64,000 nt of DNA, from contig CAXXYE010000010.1 of assembly GCA_963674865.2 (NCBI GenBank), forward strand, positions 32,001 through 96,000, written 5' to 3'. Below are positions 19,341 through 28,882 of the stretch, in pieces. Below the pieces are notes generated by a model. It worked only from the letters and a program-made list of their open reading frames with translations, made no database searches and had not been told where the DNA came from. This DNA is from Candidatus Hydrogenedentota bacterium. Lineage in GTDB: Bacteria > Hydrogenedentota > Hydrogenedentia > Hydrogenedentales > SLHB01. The position numbers and the translations under genes were made by a program. Position 1 is the stretch's first letter. Each line of letters opens with the position of its first letter.

Positions 19341-20108
19341 CTACACACCGGACTCCTGCGGCCTTGCCCGCGCGACAAACGTGACGTTCCAGGTATCGAT
19401 GCTCAGAGGTTCATCAGGCGCCATGAACGGGCAGGCACAGGCCAGTTCCAGTCCAGCAGTCTGCATGGCCAGTGCCATTTCCTGGACGAACATGTAGCGC
19501 ATGCAATGCGCTTCCTTGGTTTGTTTCGCTATCTCGCCGTCGCGCGTCACGGTGACTTCGTAGTTGACTACGACGTTCTGGCCAACGGGGTCGAGTTCCG
19601 GAGTGACGGCCCGGACGATGACGTCATCACCGTCTTTGTACTCGTGGCGCCTTGTTTCCGGCTTCTGAGCCAGGACGGCGGGGCCGAACCAGTTGTCAAA
19701 AATGAAGACGCCGCCTTCATTCAGGTGCTTGCGCGCCGTACGCAGCCCGGCGAGCAGGTCTTCGTTCTTCACCAGATAGCCCACCACGGCGAACATCGAG
19801 ACCACTAGGTCGTATTGCTTCCCGTTCTCAAACGTGGTCAGGTTGCCTGAGGCTAGGTCCACAGCCTGCCCATCAAGACGCTTCCTGGCTTGGGCCAGCA
19901 TCTCCTCGGACAGGTCGAAACCGTCGCATTTAAGGCCCCGCTTGGCGAACTCGGCCAAATGTCGCCCGGTGCCGCAGCCCATGTCCAAGAGGCTTTTCGG
20001 CGAGCAGCCAAAGCGGTTCGCAAGATCAAGGACGAAGTCCGCTTCGGCGCCGTAGTCCTTGTCGGCGTAATACACATCGTAGAAATGGGCATATTCGGAA
20101 AAAACCAC
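19341..20108 (-). CDS. SAM-dependent methyltransferase, TylM1/DesVI-like sugar N-methyltransferase
   Basis: YAHFYDVYYADKDYGAEA, LLDMGCGTGRH, DLSEEML, SMFAVVGY, HLNEGG. Confidence 0.8.
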   Translation of the reverse strand: MVFSEYAHFYDVYYADKDYGAEADFVLDLANRFGCSPKSLLDMGCGTGRHLAEFAKRGLKCDGFDLSEEMLAQARKRLDGQAVDLASGNLTTFENGKQYDLVVSMFAVVGYLVKNEDLLAGLRTARKHLNEGGVFIFDNWFGPAVLAQKPETRRHEYKDGDDVIVRAVTPELDPVGQNVVVNYEVTVTRDGEIAKQTKEAHCMRYMFVQEMALAMQTAGLELACACPFMAPDEPLSIDTWNVTFVARARPQESGV

Positions 20109-20174
20109 GCCTTCAGGTTCCTTTCTTCTAGTTCTGTCGTGGGAACTTGGCTGGCCAGGGAGCGTATTGCGCGT

Positions 20175-21200
20175 TCATTGGCGCTCGAATTTCAGTGCAT
20201 GCGCCTCGCGCTCGGCTAGCTCGAGATCATGTTCAACCATGAGCTTTACCAGTTCTTGGAAGTCGATTCTCGGTTGCCAGCTGAGTTTCTTCTTGATCTT
20301 GGATGAATCGCCGAGGAGATAGTTGACTTCGGCGGGGCGGCAGTAGTAAGGATCTGTCTCCACGAAGTCGTGCCAGTCGAGTTCCAGTCGTTCAAATGTC
20401 GCTGTTAGGAACTCTTTTACGCTGTAGGCATTGCCGGTCGCGACGACGTAGTCGTCCGGTTCGTCCTGCTGGAGCATCATCCACATGGCTTCGACGTAGT
20501 CTTTTGCGTAGCCCCAATCGCGCTTGGCATCCAGGTTGCCGAGATAGAGCTTATCTTGAAGGCCCAGCTTAATGCGTGTCGCGGCCCGCGTTATTTTGCG
20601 CGTTACAAAATTCTCGCCCCGGCGTTCGCTCTCGTGGTTGAACAAGATACCGTTGCTGCAATGGAAGCCGTAGGATTCCCGGTAGTTCACGGTGTGCCAG
20701 AAGCCCGCCACCTTGGCCACGGCATATGGGCTGCGGGGATGGAAAGGGGTCTCCTCGCTCTGCGGCGGGGGCGTTGAGCCGAACATTTCCGATGACGATG
20801 CTTGGTAGTAGCGGACTTGCTTGCCTGTCCGCTCGATGTGATCGCGCATCGCTTCGAGTAGTCTGAGGACTCCCATTCCCGTCACATCGGCCGTGTACTC
20901 GGGCTGATCGAAAGAAATGCGAACATGGGATTGCGCCGCGAGATTGTAGACTTCGTCCGGATTAATCCGCGAGAGAAGATGCCGCAAGGAAGAACCGTCG
21001 GATAGATCACCATACTCGAGCAGCAAGTGGGTGTTCGAGCCATGGGGGTCATTGTAGACGTGTTCGAGGCGTTCCTTTCGGGTCGAACTTGACCGGCGCA
21101 CGACGCCATAAACCTCGTATCCCTTCGCAAGAAGCAACTCCACCAGAAAGGAGCCGTCCTGGCCCGTCACTCCCGTTACCAGCGCCCTCTTAGCGGTCAT
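20175..21200 (-). CDS. gmd: GDP-mannose 4,6-dehydratase
   Basis: [48 protein letters not shown]. Confidence 0.97.
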   Translation of the reverse strand: MTAKRALVTGVTGQDGSFLVELLLAKGYEVYGVVRRSSSTRKERLEHVYNDPHGSNTHLLLEYGDLSDGSSLRHLLSRINPDEVYNLAAQSHVRISFDQPEYTADVTGMGVLRLLEAMRDHIERTGKQVRYYQASSSEMFGSTPPPQSEETPFHPRSPYAVAKVAGFWHTVNYRESYGFHCSNGILFNHESERRGENFVTRKITRAATRIKLGLQDKLYLGNLDAKRDWGYAKDYVEAMWMMLQQDEPDDYVVATGNAYSVKEFLTATFERLELDWHDFVETDPYYCRPAEVNYLLGDSSKIKKKLSWQPRIDFQELVKLMVEHDLELAEREAHALKFERQ

Positions 21201-22312
21201 GTCATAACCTTTCTCACGGCAGCGATTACCGCGTCGATCTGTTCGTCCGTTATGGCCTGGCCGCTCGGCAGGTAGAGCCCTCGGCGGGCAATCTTCTCGG
21301 TGACGGGACAAGAGGTATCGGCGAAGAGCCCCATAGCGCGGTACACCGGTTGCTCATGCATGCCGAGGAAGAATGGACGCGTCTGGACACCCTCGTCCGC
21401 CAGACGTTTGGCGAGGGTCTTTGCATCGTAAGGAACCGAGTCCTCCAAGACGAAGGCATACATCCAAACGGAAGTCCGTGCCCATGGCGCCACGTGCGGT
21501 GTCTGAAGGGGCAGGCCGGCGAGGCCATCGTTGTATCGATCCATCATCGCAATCTTGCGAGCGACAAGGTCGCCGATTCGCTCGAGCTGGGCGCAGCCCA
21601 AAGCGGCTTGCATATTCGTCATGCGGAAATTCCAGCCACGATCCTCGTGGCGGAACCTCTCCGCACGGCCGAAACAAAGGTTTCGTCGTGCCCGGAGGCG
21701 CTCTGCGATGCCGTCATCGTTCGTGAGAACCATTCCCCCTTCGCCGCACGTGATGTTCTTGTTAGCGTAAAACGAGAATGCCGAGACCTCGCCGAACGAA
21801 CCGCACCGCTGCCAGTTCCCCTGTACCAGACACTCGGCTCCGTGCACCTCTGCGGCGTCCTCCACTATCCGGAGATCGTGTTTTGCGGCAAGGTCCAGAA
21901 GCGCCTCCATGTTGACGGGATGCCCGTAGATGTGTACGGGCATGACGGCCACGGTGTTCTCGTTAAGCTTCTTCCGAACATCATCCACGTCCATGCAGTA
22001 GGTTCGGGGGTCGCAATCCACCAGGACGGGCTTCAGGCTGTTTCGTAGAACCGCTTCGAGGCAACTTACGATGGTGAACGAAGGCAGAATGACCTCGCCG
22101 CCTTGCGGAAGGTTGAGTGCCGACACGGCCAGTTCGAGGGCGACGGTGCCGTTGCTCACGGCGACGCCGTGTTTCCGCTCGCAATAGGCCGCCCACTCGG
22201 ACTCGAAACGGTCTATGTACTTGCCCGCCGCCGAGATCCAAGCCGTCTCCACGCAGTCTCGCACGTACTCCACCTCGCGTCCGGCAAGCAGTGGTTCGTT
22301 CACAGGAATCAT
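21197..22312 (-). CDS. per: GDP-perosamine synthase-like DegT/DnrJ/EryC1/StrS aminotransferase
   Basis: [46 protein letters not shown]; coupled to gmd. Confidence 0.88.
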   Translation of the reverse strand: MIPVNEPLLAGREVEYVRDCVETAWISAAGKYIDRFESEWAAYCERKHGVAVSNGTVALELAVSALNLPQGGEVILPSFTIVSCLEAVLRNSLKPVLVDCDPRTYCMDVDDVRKKLNENTVAVMPVHIYGHPVNMEALLDLAAKHDLRIVEDAAEVHGAECLVQGNWQRCGSFGEVSAFSFYANKNITCGEGGMVLTNDDGIAERLRARRNLCFGRAERFRHEDRGWNFRMTNMQAALGCAQLERIGDLVARKIAMMDRYNDGLAGLPLQTPHVAPWARTSVWMYAFVLEDSVPYDAKTLAKRLADEGVQTRPFFLGMHEQPVYRAMGLFADTSCPVTEKIARRGLYLPSGQAITDEQIDAVIAAVRKVMT

Positions 22313-22328
22313 GGACAGTCCTCCGGCT

Positions 22329-23075
22329 TCAGTCTCCCAGGTCGGCTACCCAACCGAGACGGACCGACTCACCGTATGGGTGACTCTTCCCGTCTGCGTC
22401 CTTGTAGAACAGATTGAAAGTGACATTATACGGAATATCCTTCGCGCTTATCTCGCGGGACTTGGCAAGTACATGCTCACCCGCTGTCCATTTTGAGGTC
22501 GGCGGACAGCCCTTTAACCCGAGGGTCCAGTTCACCAGGCCCCGCTCTCGGAATTCTTCGTCAAGCAGTCTCCTGTGACTCAGATCGACGCGAGCGTAAG
22601 CGTACACACTGCAATTGTGCTCAATAGGCCCCTTAACCTCAAAGAGCCACTGGAATTGGTACTTCTCGGTGCCGATGTACTTCCACCGATACGCCACGAG
22701 ATCCAGTGCATTGGATATCTTGTGCGTTCTTACCCCCGACCGCAAGGCTGCGCGTTTTCTGCCTATAACGGCCGTAATCTCTGGGGAAAGGTCAGCGGGA
22801 TTCCCCAGTTCGGCAACCGTCTCCTGTAGTCCGATCAGGTCGCGACAACTCTCAATAGCGTCCGCGAGGACCGTGTCGGTGGCCGACAAGCTTCGGCCTG
22901 AAGACTGTTCTGCCCCAACGCCCTGTGAGGCCGCTACGGCCGTCGACTCTTCCTTGGCTGCTTTGCCGCCGTCCTTGATCGAGCTATCGCAGCCCGTAAC
23001 CAGGAAACCAATGCCGACTATCAGACACAGCGCAGCCGCATACTTAAGTCTACTCCTATGTCTTGTCTCATCCAT
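22329..23075 (-). CDS. Putative lipoprotein with a C-terminal beta-sandwich domain
   Basis: Hydrophobic stretch followed by LVTGC; C-terminal PPTSKWTAGE motif. Confidence 0.65.
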   Translation of the reverse strand: MDETRHRSRLKYAAALCLIVGIGFLVTGCDSSIKDGGKAAKEESTAVAASQGVGAEQSSGRSLSATDTVLADAIESCRDLIGLQETVAELGNPADLSPEITAVIGRKRAALRSGVRTHKISNALDLVAYRWKYIGTEKYQFQWLFEVKGPIEHNCSVYAYARVDLSHRRLLDEEFRERGLVNWTLGLKGCPPTSKWTAGEHVLAKSREISAKDIPYNVTFNLFYKDADGKSHPYGESVRLGWVADLGD

Positions 23076-23383
23076 GATGACGGTTAAGAACGTGACTCAC
23101 CAGTTCCTAGCGCAACGTGCTTCAGCCCTTGTTTGAGAGGCGCTTCGTGAATTTGGCCATTCCCCGCCGCCTCGCCGGCACTTGCCTCTATCCTGAGTCG
23201 GCCGGGCAACGATGTAGCCGAGCAGGTCTGCCAGAAGCACTACCGATAGAAGACTGCCGCAGCCCGCACGAGAACATTTTTCCAGAGAGACACCTTCCCC
23301 TCAGCAAATACTTCTTCCTGACGACATGACAACGGTAGCGTTGAACACAAGTCAATGCATCGTGCCGTCAGACACACGGATCT

Positions 23384-24742
23384 CTATGAGTTTTCCTCAC
23401 GTGTTTCAGATGACGGGCCGGACGGCTGATCCGTGTGCCCACTCGGCCTGCCGCCAGGAAACACCGCCGCGTCACTTATTTCTTTCAGGAACAGAAGGCC
23501 GGCTGTGACTATCATTCCCACGACGCCTGCCAAATAGACTGTTTTCACATGGCCCGGACCGCTCGGCGCATTGGGGACTTCCGCCGTGCCCAGCACCGTG
23601 ATGTTGCTCGCCAGCGTCCGTTCGGCCACGCGGCCCTTCTCGTACGAGGTCCGTACTACTGCGTAGCTTGCCTTCAGGCTTTCGGACTCCCGCGTGAGCC
23701 TATCTCGTTCGACAGTCTGTTCGGCGAATGTGGTCGTGAGTGAGGAGATTTCTCCCATGAGTTCCTGCAACTTGATAAGGACGGCCTCTCTCGCTGCCTC
23801 ATGCCCGCCGAGTTCTTCTTTTGCCTCCGCGAGCATTCCCCTGATCTCGACATAGCTCTCGTTAGGTTCCTCAGACCGAAGTCCTTGGTCTGGCTGGACT
23901 TGTGGTTTGCCGCCGCTCTCTGCGGCCGTGATCCAGTAGGCGTCGTCGGACGGCGCCCGAAAATAGATGTACTTCTGGGGTTCCTCGGCCAATTCTCCCT
24001 CAAGGACCTCCACCTGCATCCTGCTCGACGCCAGATCGACTTCTGTCTGCTTGAGCAATCTCTCAAACTCGGTGTACTGCTTTTGCTTCGCCTGCAACTG
24101 TGCCTTGATGAGATCCAGGTTCCAGGCCTTGCGATGCTCCGCCAGTGCGCGGTCAGCCTGCTCGAGTTCGCTCCGTGTATCCGTATGGAGGGCTTCCAAG
24201 AGAGAGAAGGTCTCGCCTACGCCTTGGACGGCGACCTCGTCCACCTGCGCTTTGAACTGCTCCGCCCAAGTCTGCGCCATCCTCGCGGCCAGTTCCGGCG
24301 TGCCGGCCTTCGCATGAAACGTCAAGGGCTGGCTGTAGGGCGTGCTCTGCGAAGCACGACTACTAGGCTGTTCAAGTCTGAGGCGCCACCGAAGTCCCTG
24401 CACTGAGGTGTTCTCCAGAGGAATCTCCTCAATGACTCGAGAAAGGAGCGCAGGTGAAAAAGCTATCGTTTCATACATTTCCACCGGCAACTGCCTTGGC
24501 GTCATCGCCGCGACGCTCTCAAATTCCGTGGATGGATCACGCGTCACGATCGTTGTGGTGCCGTCCTGGAAACCCGGGGGGAATACCAGCAGCGTTGCGG
24601 TAGATTCGTAGACTCTGGCCTTCATCAGAGCAAGAGGGATTGCGATGAGGGCAAGAACCACGCCTCCAAGGATGATCTTAAGCCAGTTGGCCCGAAGCCA
24701 CGCCACGAGCACCGGCAATGAAAGCATGTCCACGTTCGGCAT
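23384..24742 (-). CDS. Polysaccharide co-polymerase / chain-length determinant (Wzz/GumC-like)
   Basis: N-terminal TM plus YESTATLLV, long coiled coil, Pro-rich AEVPNAPSGP before the C-terminal TM; no kinase domain. Confidence 0.82.
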   Translation of the reverse strand: MPNVDMLSLPVLVAWLRANWLKIILGGVVLALIAIPLALMKARVYESTATLLVFPPGFQDGTTTIVTRDPSTEFESVAAMTPRQLPVEMYETIAFSPALLSRVIEEIPLENTSVQGLRWRLRLEQPSSRASQSTPYSQPLTFHAKAGTPELAARMAQTWAEQFKAQVDEVAVQGVGETFSLLEALHTDTRSELEQADRALAEHRKAWNLDLIKAQLQAKQKQYTEFERLLKQTEVDLASSRMQVEVLEGELAEEPQKYIYFRAPSDDAYWITAAESGGKPQVQPDQGLRSEEPNESYVEIRGMLAEAKEELGGHEAAREAVLIKLQELMGEISSLTTTFAEQTVERDRLTRESESLKASYAVVRTSYEKGRVAERTLASNITVLGTAEVPNAPSGPGHVKTVYLAGVVGMIVTAGLLFLKEISDAAVFPGGRPSGHTDQPSGPSSETREENS

Positions 24743-24809
24743 TGACACCCTAAACCCACTCCCTGCGTTGGTTGTACGCACTGTACCTGCACATAGAGTA
24801 GAGCTTCCA

Positions 24810-24860
24810 ACTCTAGCACATGGCGCGCGGGTCTGGCAACGGCAAAACACGGCAAAACAC
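24810..24860 (-). promoter_or_regulatory. Putative promoter of the polysaccharide locus with an upstream 10-bp direct repeat
   Basis: TTGCCA (24839-24834)-N18-TAGAGT (24815-24810) with extended TG; GGCAAAACAC twice at 24841-24860. Confidence 0.45.
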
Positions 24861-24865
24861 AGTGG

Positions 24866-26078
24866 CTGGATTCAATGAGCAAGTGCAACGGCGTGTAGCT
24901 TGAAGACTTCGTTAGGAGTTCGGTATCCCAGTTTTTTGCGTGGCCTGTTGTTAAGTTGACGGACGTAGCTTTGGAGCTGGCTTTCGGCAATTTCCCTGAA
25001 GTTGGTGTTCTTGGGGAGATACTGGCGTAGGAGGCCGTTGGTGTTTTCGTTGGTGCCGCGCTCGTAGGCGGCATAGGGATTGGCGAAGTAGGTGTCGAGG
25101 CCCAAGACCTCGGCGATGTGTCTGTGGTGAGCGAATTCGCTGCCGTTATCGAAGGTGATGGTCTTTGTCCAGTGGGCGGGCAGGTGCCTGAGTTGGTCGA
25201 TGGCAGCCTGGGCGACGCCGTCGGCATGACGGGAGCCGAGCAGTGCGGCCCGTAGCAGCAAGGACTTACGTTCCACCAGGGTAAGCACGGCGCCCTGTTG
25301 GTTGGCCCCGACGAGTAGATCTCCTTCCCAATCCCCGTAGCGCTTTCGGGTGGCGACCTCGGGCGGCCGGGCCTCGATGCCGACGCGATTGGGAATGAAG
25401 GGCCTCGTGGGGCGGCGCTCCCCGCGTTTGCGGCGGCGCGGCCGCCGGCGTCGAAGACAACCGATCAAGGGATTGCCTAGCTTTTCATCGGTGTACAACG
25501 AGCGGTAGATGGTCTCGGGACTGACGCGCATGCGCGGTTGGCCGGGGAAATCCAGCCAGAGGCGGCCCGCAATCTGCTCCGGTGACCATCCTTCCGTCAT
25601 CTTGTCGAAGAGATAGCGCCGTAACGCCGGCTCACTGAGCGAGGTGGTTCTTCGGCAAGTCTTGCGGACCTGCTCGTATCGTTTCTGGGCGCGCGCCGCG
25701 GAATATGCCTTGGACGGGGCCCGATTCCGAGCCAGTTCCCGGCACACCGTCGAGGCGCTACGGCCCAACTGGACGGCAATGGCCCGTTGACTCAGCCCTT
25801 GGCTAAGCCATGCTTGTATCTGTCCGCGTTCCATTGGTGTAAGATGGCGATAGGGCATCGAGACTCCTTTCGGTTCTTGGTTCGTGCAAAAAACCAGTGT
25901 ACCGAACGGATTCCTCGATGCCTTCCTTGTTCTGTCTGCCTTGTGCTCAGAACTCACCTACAGGAAAGGGGGGCCCTTCCCGCTGTCGCCGTCCGCCGCC
26001 GCTCAGGGGTGAGCGACGAACGGCTCCGACGGGAAAGGGCACTCACCCAACCATGTTGCACTTACAATAAGAACTCAG
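24866..26078 (-). mobile_element. IS30-family insertion sequence, apparently intact
   Basis: Imperfect 24-bp terminal inverted repeats (24866-24889 CTGGATTCAATGAGCAAGTGCAAC and 26055-26078), flanked by GG on both sides. Confidence 0.9.
24872..25858 (-). CDS. IS30-family transposase
   Basis: HTH (LGRSASTVCREL), WSPEQIAG, GDWEGD, TFDNGSEF, ERGTNENTNGLLRQY, LNNRPRK. Confidence 0.96.
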   Translation of the reverse strand: MPYRHLTPMERGQIQAWLSQGLSQRAIAVQLGRSASTVCRELARNRAPSKAYSAARAQKRYEQVRKTCRRTTSLSEPALRRYLFDKMTEGWSPEQIAGRLWLDFPGQPRMRVSPETIYRSLYTDEKLGNPLIGCLRRRRPRRRKRGERRPTRPFIPNRVGIEARPPEVATRKRYGDWEGDLLVGANQQGAVLTLVERKSLLLRAALLGSRHADGVAQAAIDQLRHLPAHWTKTITFDNGSEFAHHRHIAEVLGLDTYFANPYAAYERGTNENTNGLLRQYLPKNTNFREIAESQLQSYVRQLNNRPRKKLGYRTPNEVFKLHAVALAH

Positions 26079-26090
26079 GGTGCCGCTCTC

Positions 26091-26119
26091 TTGACCCATT
26101 GAGGACTGTGTGTTACGAT
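26091..26119 (+). promoter_or_regulatory. Putative sigma70 promoter
   Basis: TTGACC-N17-TACGAT with extended TG. Confidence 0.5.
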
Positions 26120-26167
26120 GTCTTTTAGTCTCATACCCTTAGCGGGGGTCCGCAACGAGGAGAAAGT

Positions 26168-26968
26168 ATGAATAGGGTCTGGTTTGCGCTTGTTGCGAGT
26201 GCCGTGCTTCTAACCGCGTGCGAGAAGCAACCAGGGGATATCGACATACCCGGGGCGCAGGGCGGGGGAGGGAAGGCCCAGGAAGTCGAGCCGCCTACTG
26301 CGGAAGAACTCCTCACCGAAATGCGAAAGCCGCTTCAGGCGGCTGTGCAACTGATGCAGCAGAATCAGATCATCCCTGCGAACAAGCAGCAGGAGCTGGT
26401 CGGCCAGTTCCGGTCCGCCTGTGGGCGCTACAGCACTACGCCGAATCACCCCGAGGCCATAGAGAGGATCACCCAGGAGCTGACCTCTGCTGTGGAGCGG
26501 GGCGCCAAGCAGGAGCAATGGCACGGCGTCTTGCTATTGATCAATATGTACGAGACACGAAAGCCCGACAGTGTCAAGTTCCGGCGAGTCAAGCAGCAGG
26601 CCATCGACTATATCAATCGTCCGAAGGTTAAGATCACTGGTTTCTACGATGATATCGCCATGGGAAAGACCTTGGTCTTTCTGGATGTCTTCATCCCTGC
26701 CCTCGGTGCCTCCGTGAAGGTGGATCCTGTTGTCGAAGGGGATGAGTTTCTCCAACCGCCCTACACCATGCGCCTCGTCCAGATTATCGGAACGCAAGAC
26801 GGCATAACCGTCGAGTACAAGAAGACTGGGGAAGTCTGGGATGTGATGGATGTCATCGGCGACACCAAGAAGCGAAGCATCCTGCCCGCCCAGGCCGGTA
26901 AGGGCAAGAGAGGCGGCAGGAACCGGCGTCAGGTGCAAGAGGAAGAAGAGGAAGAAGAGGACTTCTAA
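26168..26968 (+). CDS. Lipoprotein of unknown function with a basic then acidic tail
   Basis: LLTAC lipobox, GAGGAG RBS, C-terminal EEEEEEEDF. Confidence 0.8.
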   Translation: MNRVWFALVASAVLLTACEKQPGDIDIPGAQGGGGKAQEVEPPTAEELLTEMRKPLQAAVQLMQQNQIIPANKQQELVGQFRSACGRYSTTPNHPEAIERITQELTSAVERGAKQEQWHGVLLLINMYETRKPDSVKFRRVKQQAIDYINRPKVKITGFYDDIAMGKTLVFLDVFIPALGASVKVDPVVEGDEFLQPPYTMRLVQIIGTQDGITVEYKKTGEVWDVMDVIGDTKKRSILPAQAGKGKRGGRNRRQVQEEEEEEEDF

Positions 26969-27044
26969 GTATCGGCGTTGCTCAGAACAGCGTCGAAAAG
27001 CGCTTCTGCACGTTGTCTTGGCGTGCCTCGAATCCTAGGATCAC

Positions 27045-28736
27045 ATGCCACCAAGAGTTGTAGCGCCCTTTTCCGAGCGTGGGTTTAGCTTTCTTGCCGC
27101 AGGCCTAATCATTCTGACGGGCGTGCTCGCCTATTCGAACACCTTCGCGAATGGATTCGTGTGGGATGACGCCTCTTCAGTACTTCTCCACGAGCACGTG
27201 CGGCAGCCCAGCAAGTTCTTCCAGCTATTCCGTGAAGATCAGCACGCCTTTGGCCGTGGCCAAGGCAACTTCTACCGCCCCCTGCTCTCGGCCAGCTTCA
27301 TGCTCGACTATGCTCTTTCACGTCCCGACGATCCGTCCTCGGAGCCTAGCCCATTTCTTTTCCACTGCTCGAGTCTTGCTTGGCATATCCTGGCTACGCT
27401 CTTTTTGTTTGCCCTTTTGACCAGACTCGGCGCTCCTCGCTTCGTCCGCCTCATCGCGCCGCTACTCTACGTTGTCCATCCCCTACATACGGAGGCTGTC
27501 ACCTACATCAGTGGCCGCGCCGATTCAATGGCTGCAGCCTTCATGTTCGCCGGGCTCTGGACGTCGATGTGGGACGAATCTCGCCGTCGGCTCATCGTAG
27601 GCCATATTCTCACCCCCCTGTGTTTCATAGCCGCGCTTCTCAGCAAGGAATCCGCCGCCATTTTCCCGGCCCTGTTGCTCTTGTTTGCCCTTATCCGGCC
27701 CCGCACCCCCGCCGAATCTCAGACACACAGGCCCCTTCTGTGGCGTGCGCTCTTGGTAGGGACCTGCGTGGCACTCCTCGCCGTCTATGTCACGCTCCGC
27801 ATGACCGTCTTGCACTTCGCTCCCGCCGCCAATGGGGCGGGCCACCCATTGACGCACCGCCTGACTGAGGCAAGTCAGGCCTTGGCGGCCTATTCCCGGC
27901 TCTTTTTTGTGCCCACAGGCCTGCATATGGAGCGCACCCTGGCCGGCATGCCTGCATGGGGCGCTGCCTTTGGGGCGATCCTCATTGCCATCCTGGTCGT
28001 GGTCGCCGTTTTCGCCTTTCTCCGAGGAAAACGCCGGCTCGTGCTGGCGCTTGGCTTGTTCGGCGTGGCCTGGCTCCCGGTGTCCGGAATTATCCCTCTC
28101 AACGCGCCCATGGCCGAACACTGGATGTACGTTCCTCTAGCCGGCATCCTATGGGCGCTGGCGGAGCTTCTTGAGCCCTTGAACCGCCGCCCGCGGACGG
28201 CCCCCATCGTCGCCGTGGGCGTCCTGGCCTTGGCCGTTGCCTACGTTGCCCTTACCGTGGATAGGAATCAGGACTGGCGCGACAACGCGAGTATCTACCG
28301 AGCCACGCTCGATGAGAACCCCTGGTCGGCCCGCGTCAATTTTAACCTGGCCGTCACGTACGACAGCATGGTCGGCAACAGTCCGGGCGCGCGACGCCAC
28401 TACGAGTGGTTTCTGCGTCTCTACGAGATGCACTGGGCGCCGAATCAGACGGGCCCTGCCACCGAAGAGGAACTTGAAGCTCACCTTGCCCTCGGCCGCA
28501 TCTACCTTGCCCATCACCGCTACGACGAGGCGGCTGAACACTTCGGCACGATCCTTGGCGTACCGACTAACGGACAGTTCCCGCCTATTGTCCATGAGGC
28601 CGCCCTGGGGCTGGGCAAGTGTCTTCTGGCGCAGGGCCAGATTGATGGCGCCCGGGAGGTGTTCGCGGAAGTCCCTCCCGAGCGTACGGACCTGGCCGTA
28701 GAGATCGACGGCCTCTTGCGAAGAGCCGGCGGATAG
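27045..28736 (+). CDS. TMTC/DUF1736-like GT-C membrane glycosyltransferase with C-terminal TPRs
   Basis: FVWDD, FYRPL, VHPLHTEAV...GRAD, LSKE, AEHWMYVP, RNQDWRDN, then TPRs. Confidence 0.85.
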   Translation: MPPRVVAPFSERGFSFLAAGLIILTGVLAYSNTFANGFVWDDASSVLLHEHVRQPSKFFQLFREDQHAFGRGQGNFYRPLLSASFMLDYALSRPDDPSSEPSPFLFHCSSLAWHILATLFLFALLTRLGAPRFVRLIAPLLYVVHPLHTEAVTYISGRADSMAAAFMFAGLWTSMWDESRRRLIVGHILTPLCFIAALLSKESAAIFPALLLLFALIRPRTPAESQTHRPLLWRALLVGTCVALLAVYVTLRMTVLHFAPAANGAGHPLTHRLTEASQALAAYSRLFFVPTGLHMERTLAGMPAWGAAFGAILIAILVVVAVFAFLRGKRRLVLALGLFGVAWLPVSGIIPLNAPMAEHWMYVPLAGILWALAELLEPLNRRPRTAPIVAVGVLALAVAYVALTVDRNQDWRDNASIYRATLDENPWSARVNFNLAVTYDSMVGNSPGARRHYEWFLRLYEMHWAPNQTGPATEEELEAHLALGRIYLAHHRYDEAAEHFGTILGVPTNGQFPPIVHEAALGLGKCLLAQGQIDGAREVFAEVPPERTDLAVEIDGLLRRAGG

Positions 28737-28780
28737 AAGAGCCACTCCCGCCCGTCGTATCCGGGCCACCGACGCGCCAC

Positions 28781-28808
28781 TTGCAACGTGCCATATTCCT
28801 GCTATACT
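28781..28808 (+). promoter_or_regulatory. Putative sigma70 promoter
   Basis: TTGCAA-N16-TATACT with extended TG. Confidence 0.5.
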
Positions 28809-28882
28809 TAATGTGGACATTTGATGCAGGAGAGTTCTAGCGGCAAGGGTGCTTCTGACACGACCAAAGGGGGTCAGAACCA

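Noticed and set aside
23332..23345. ops/JUMPstart-like CGGTAGCGTTG
   Set aside because: Wrong strand relative to the glycan operon and only a partial match.
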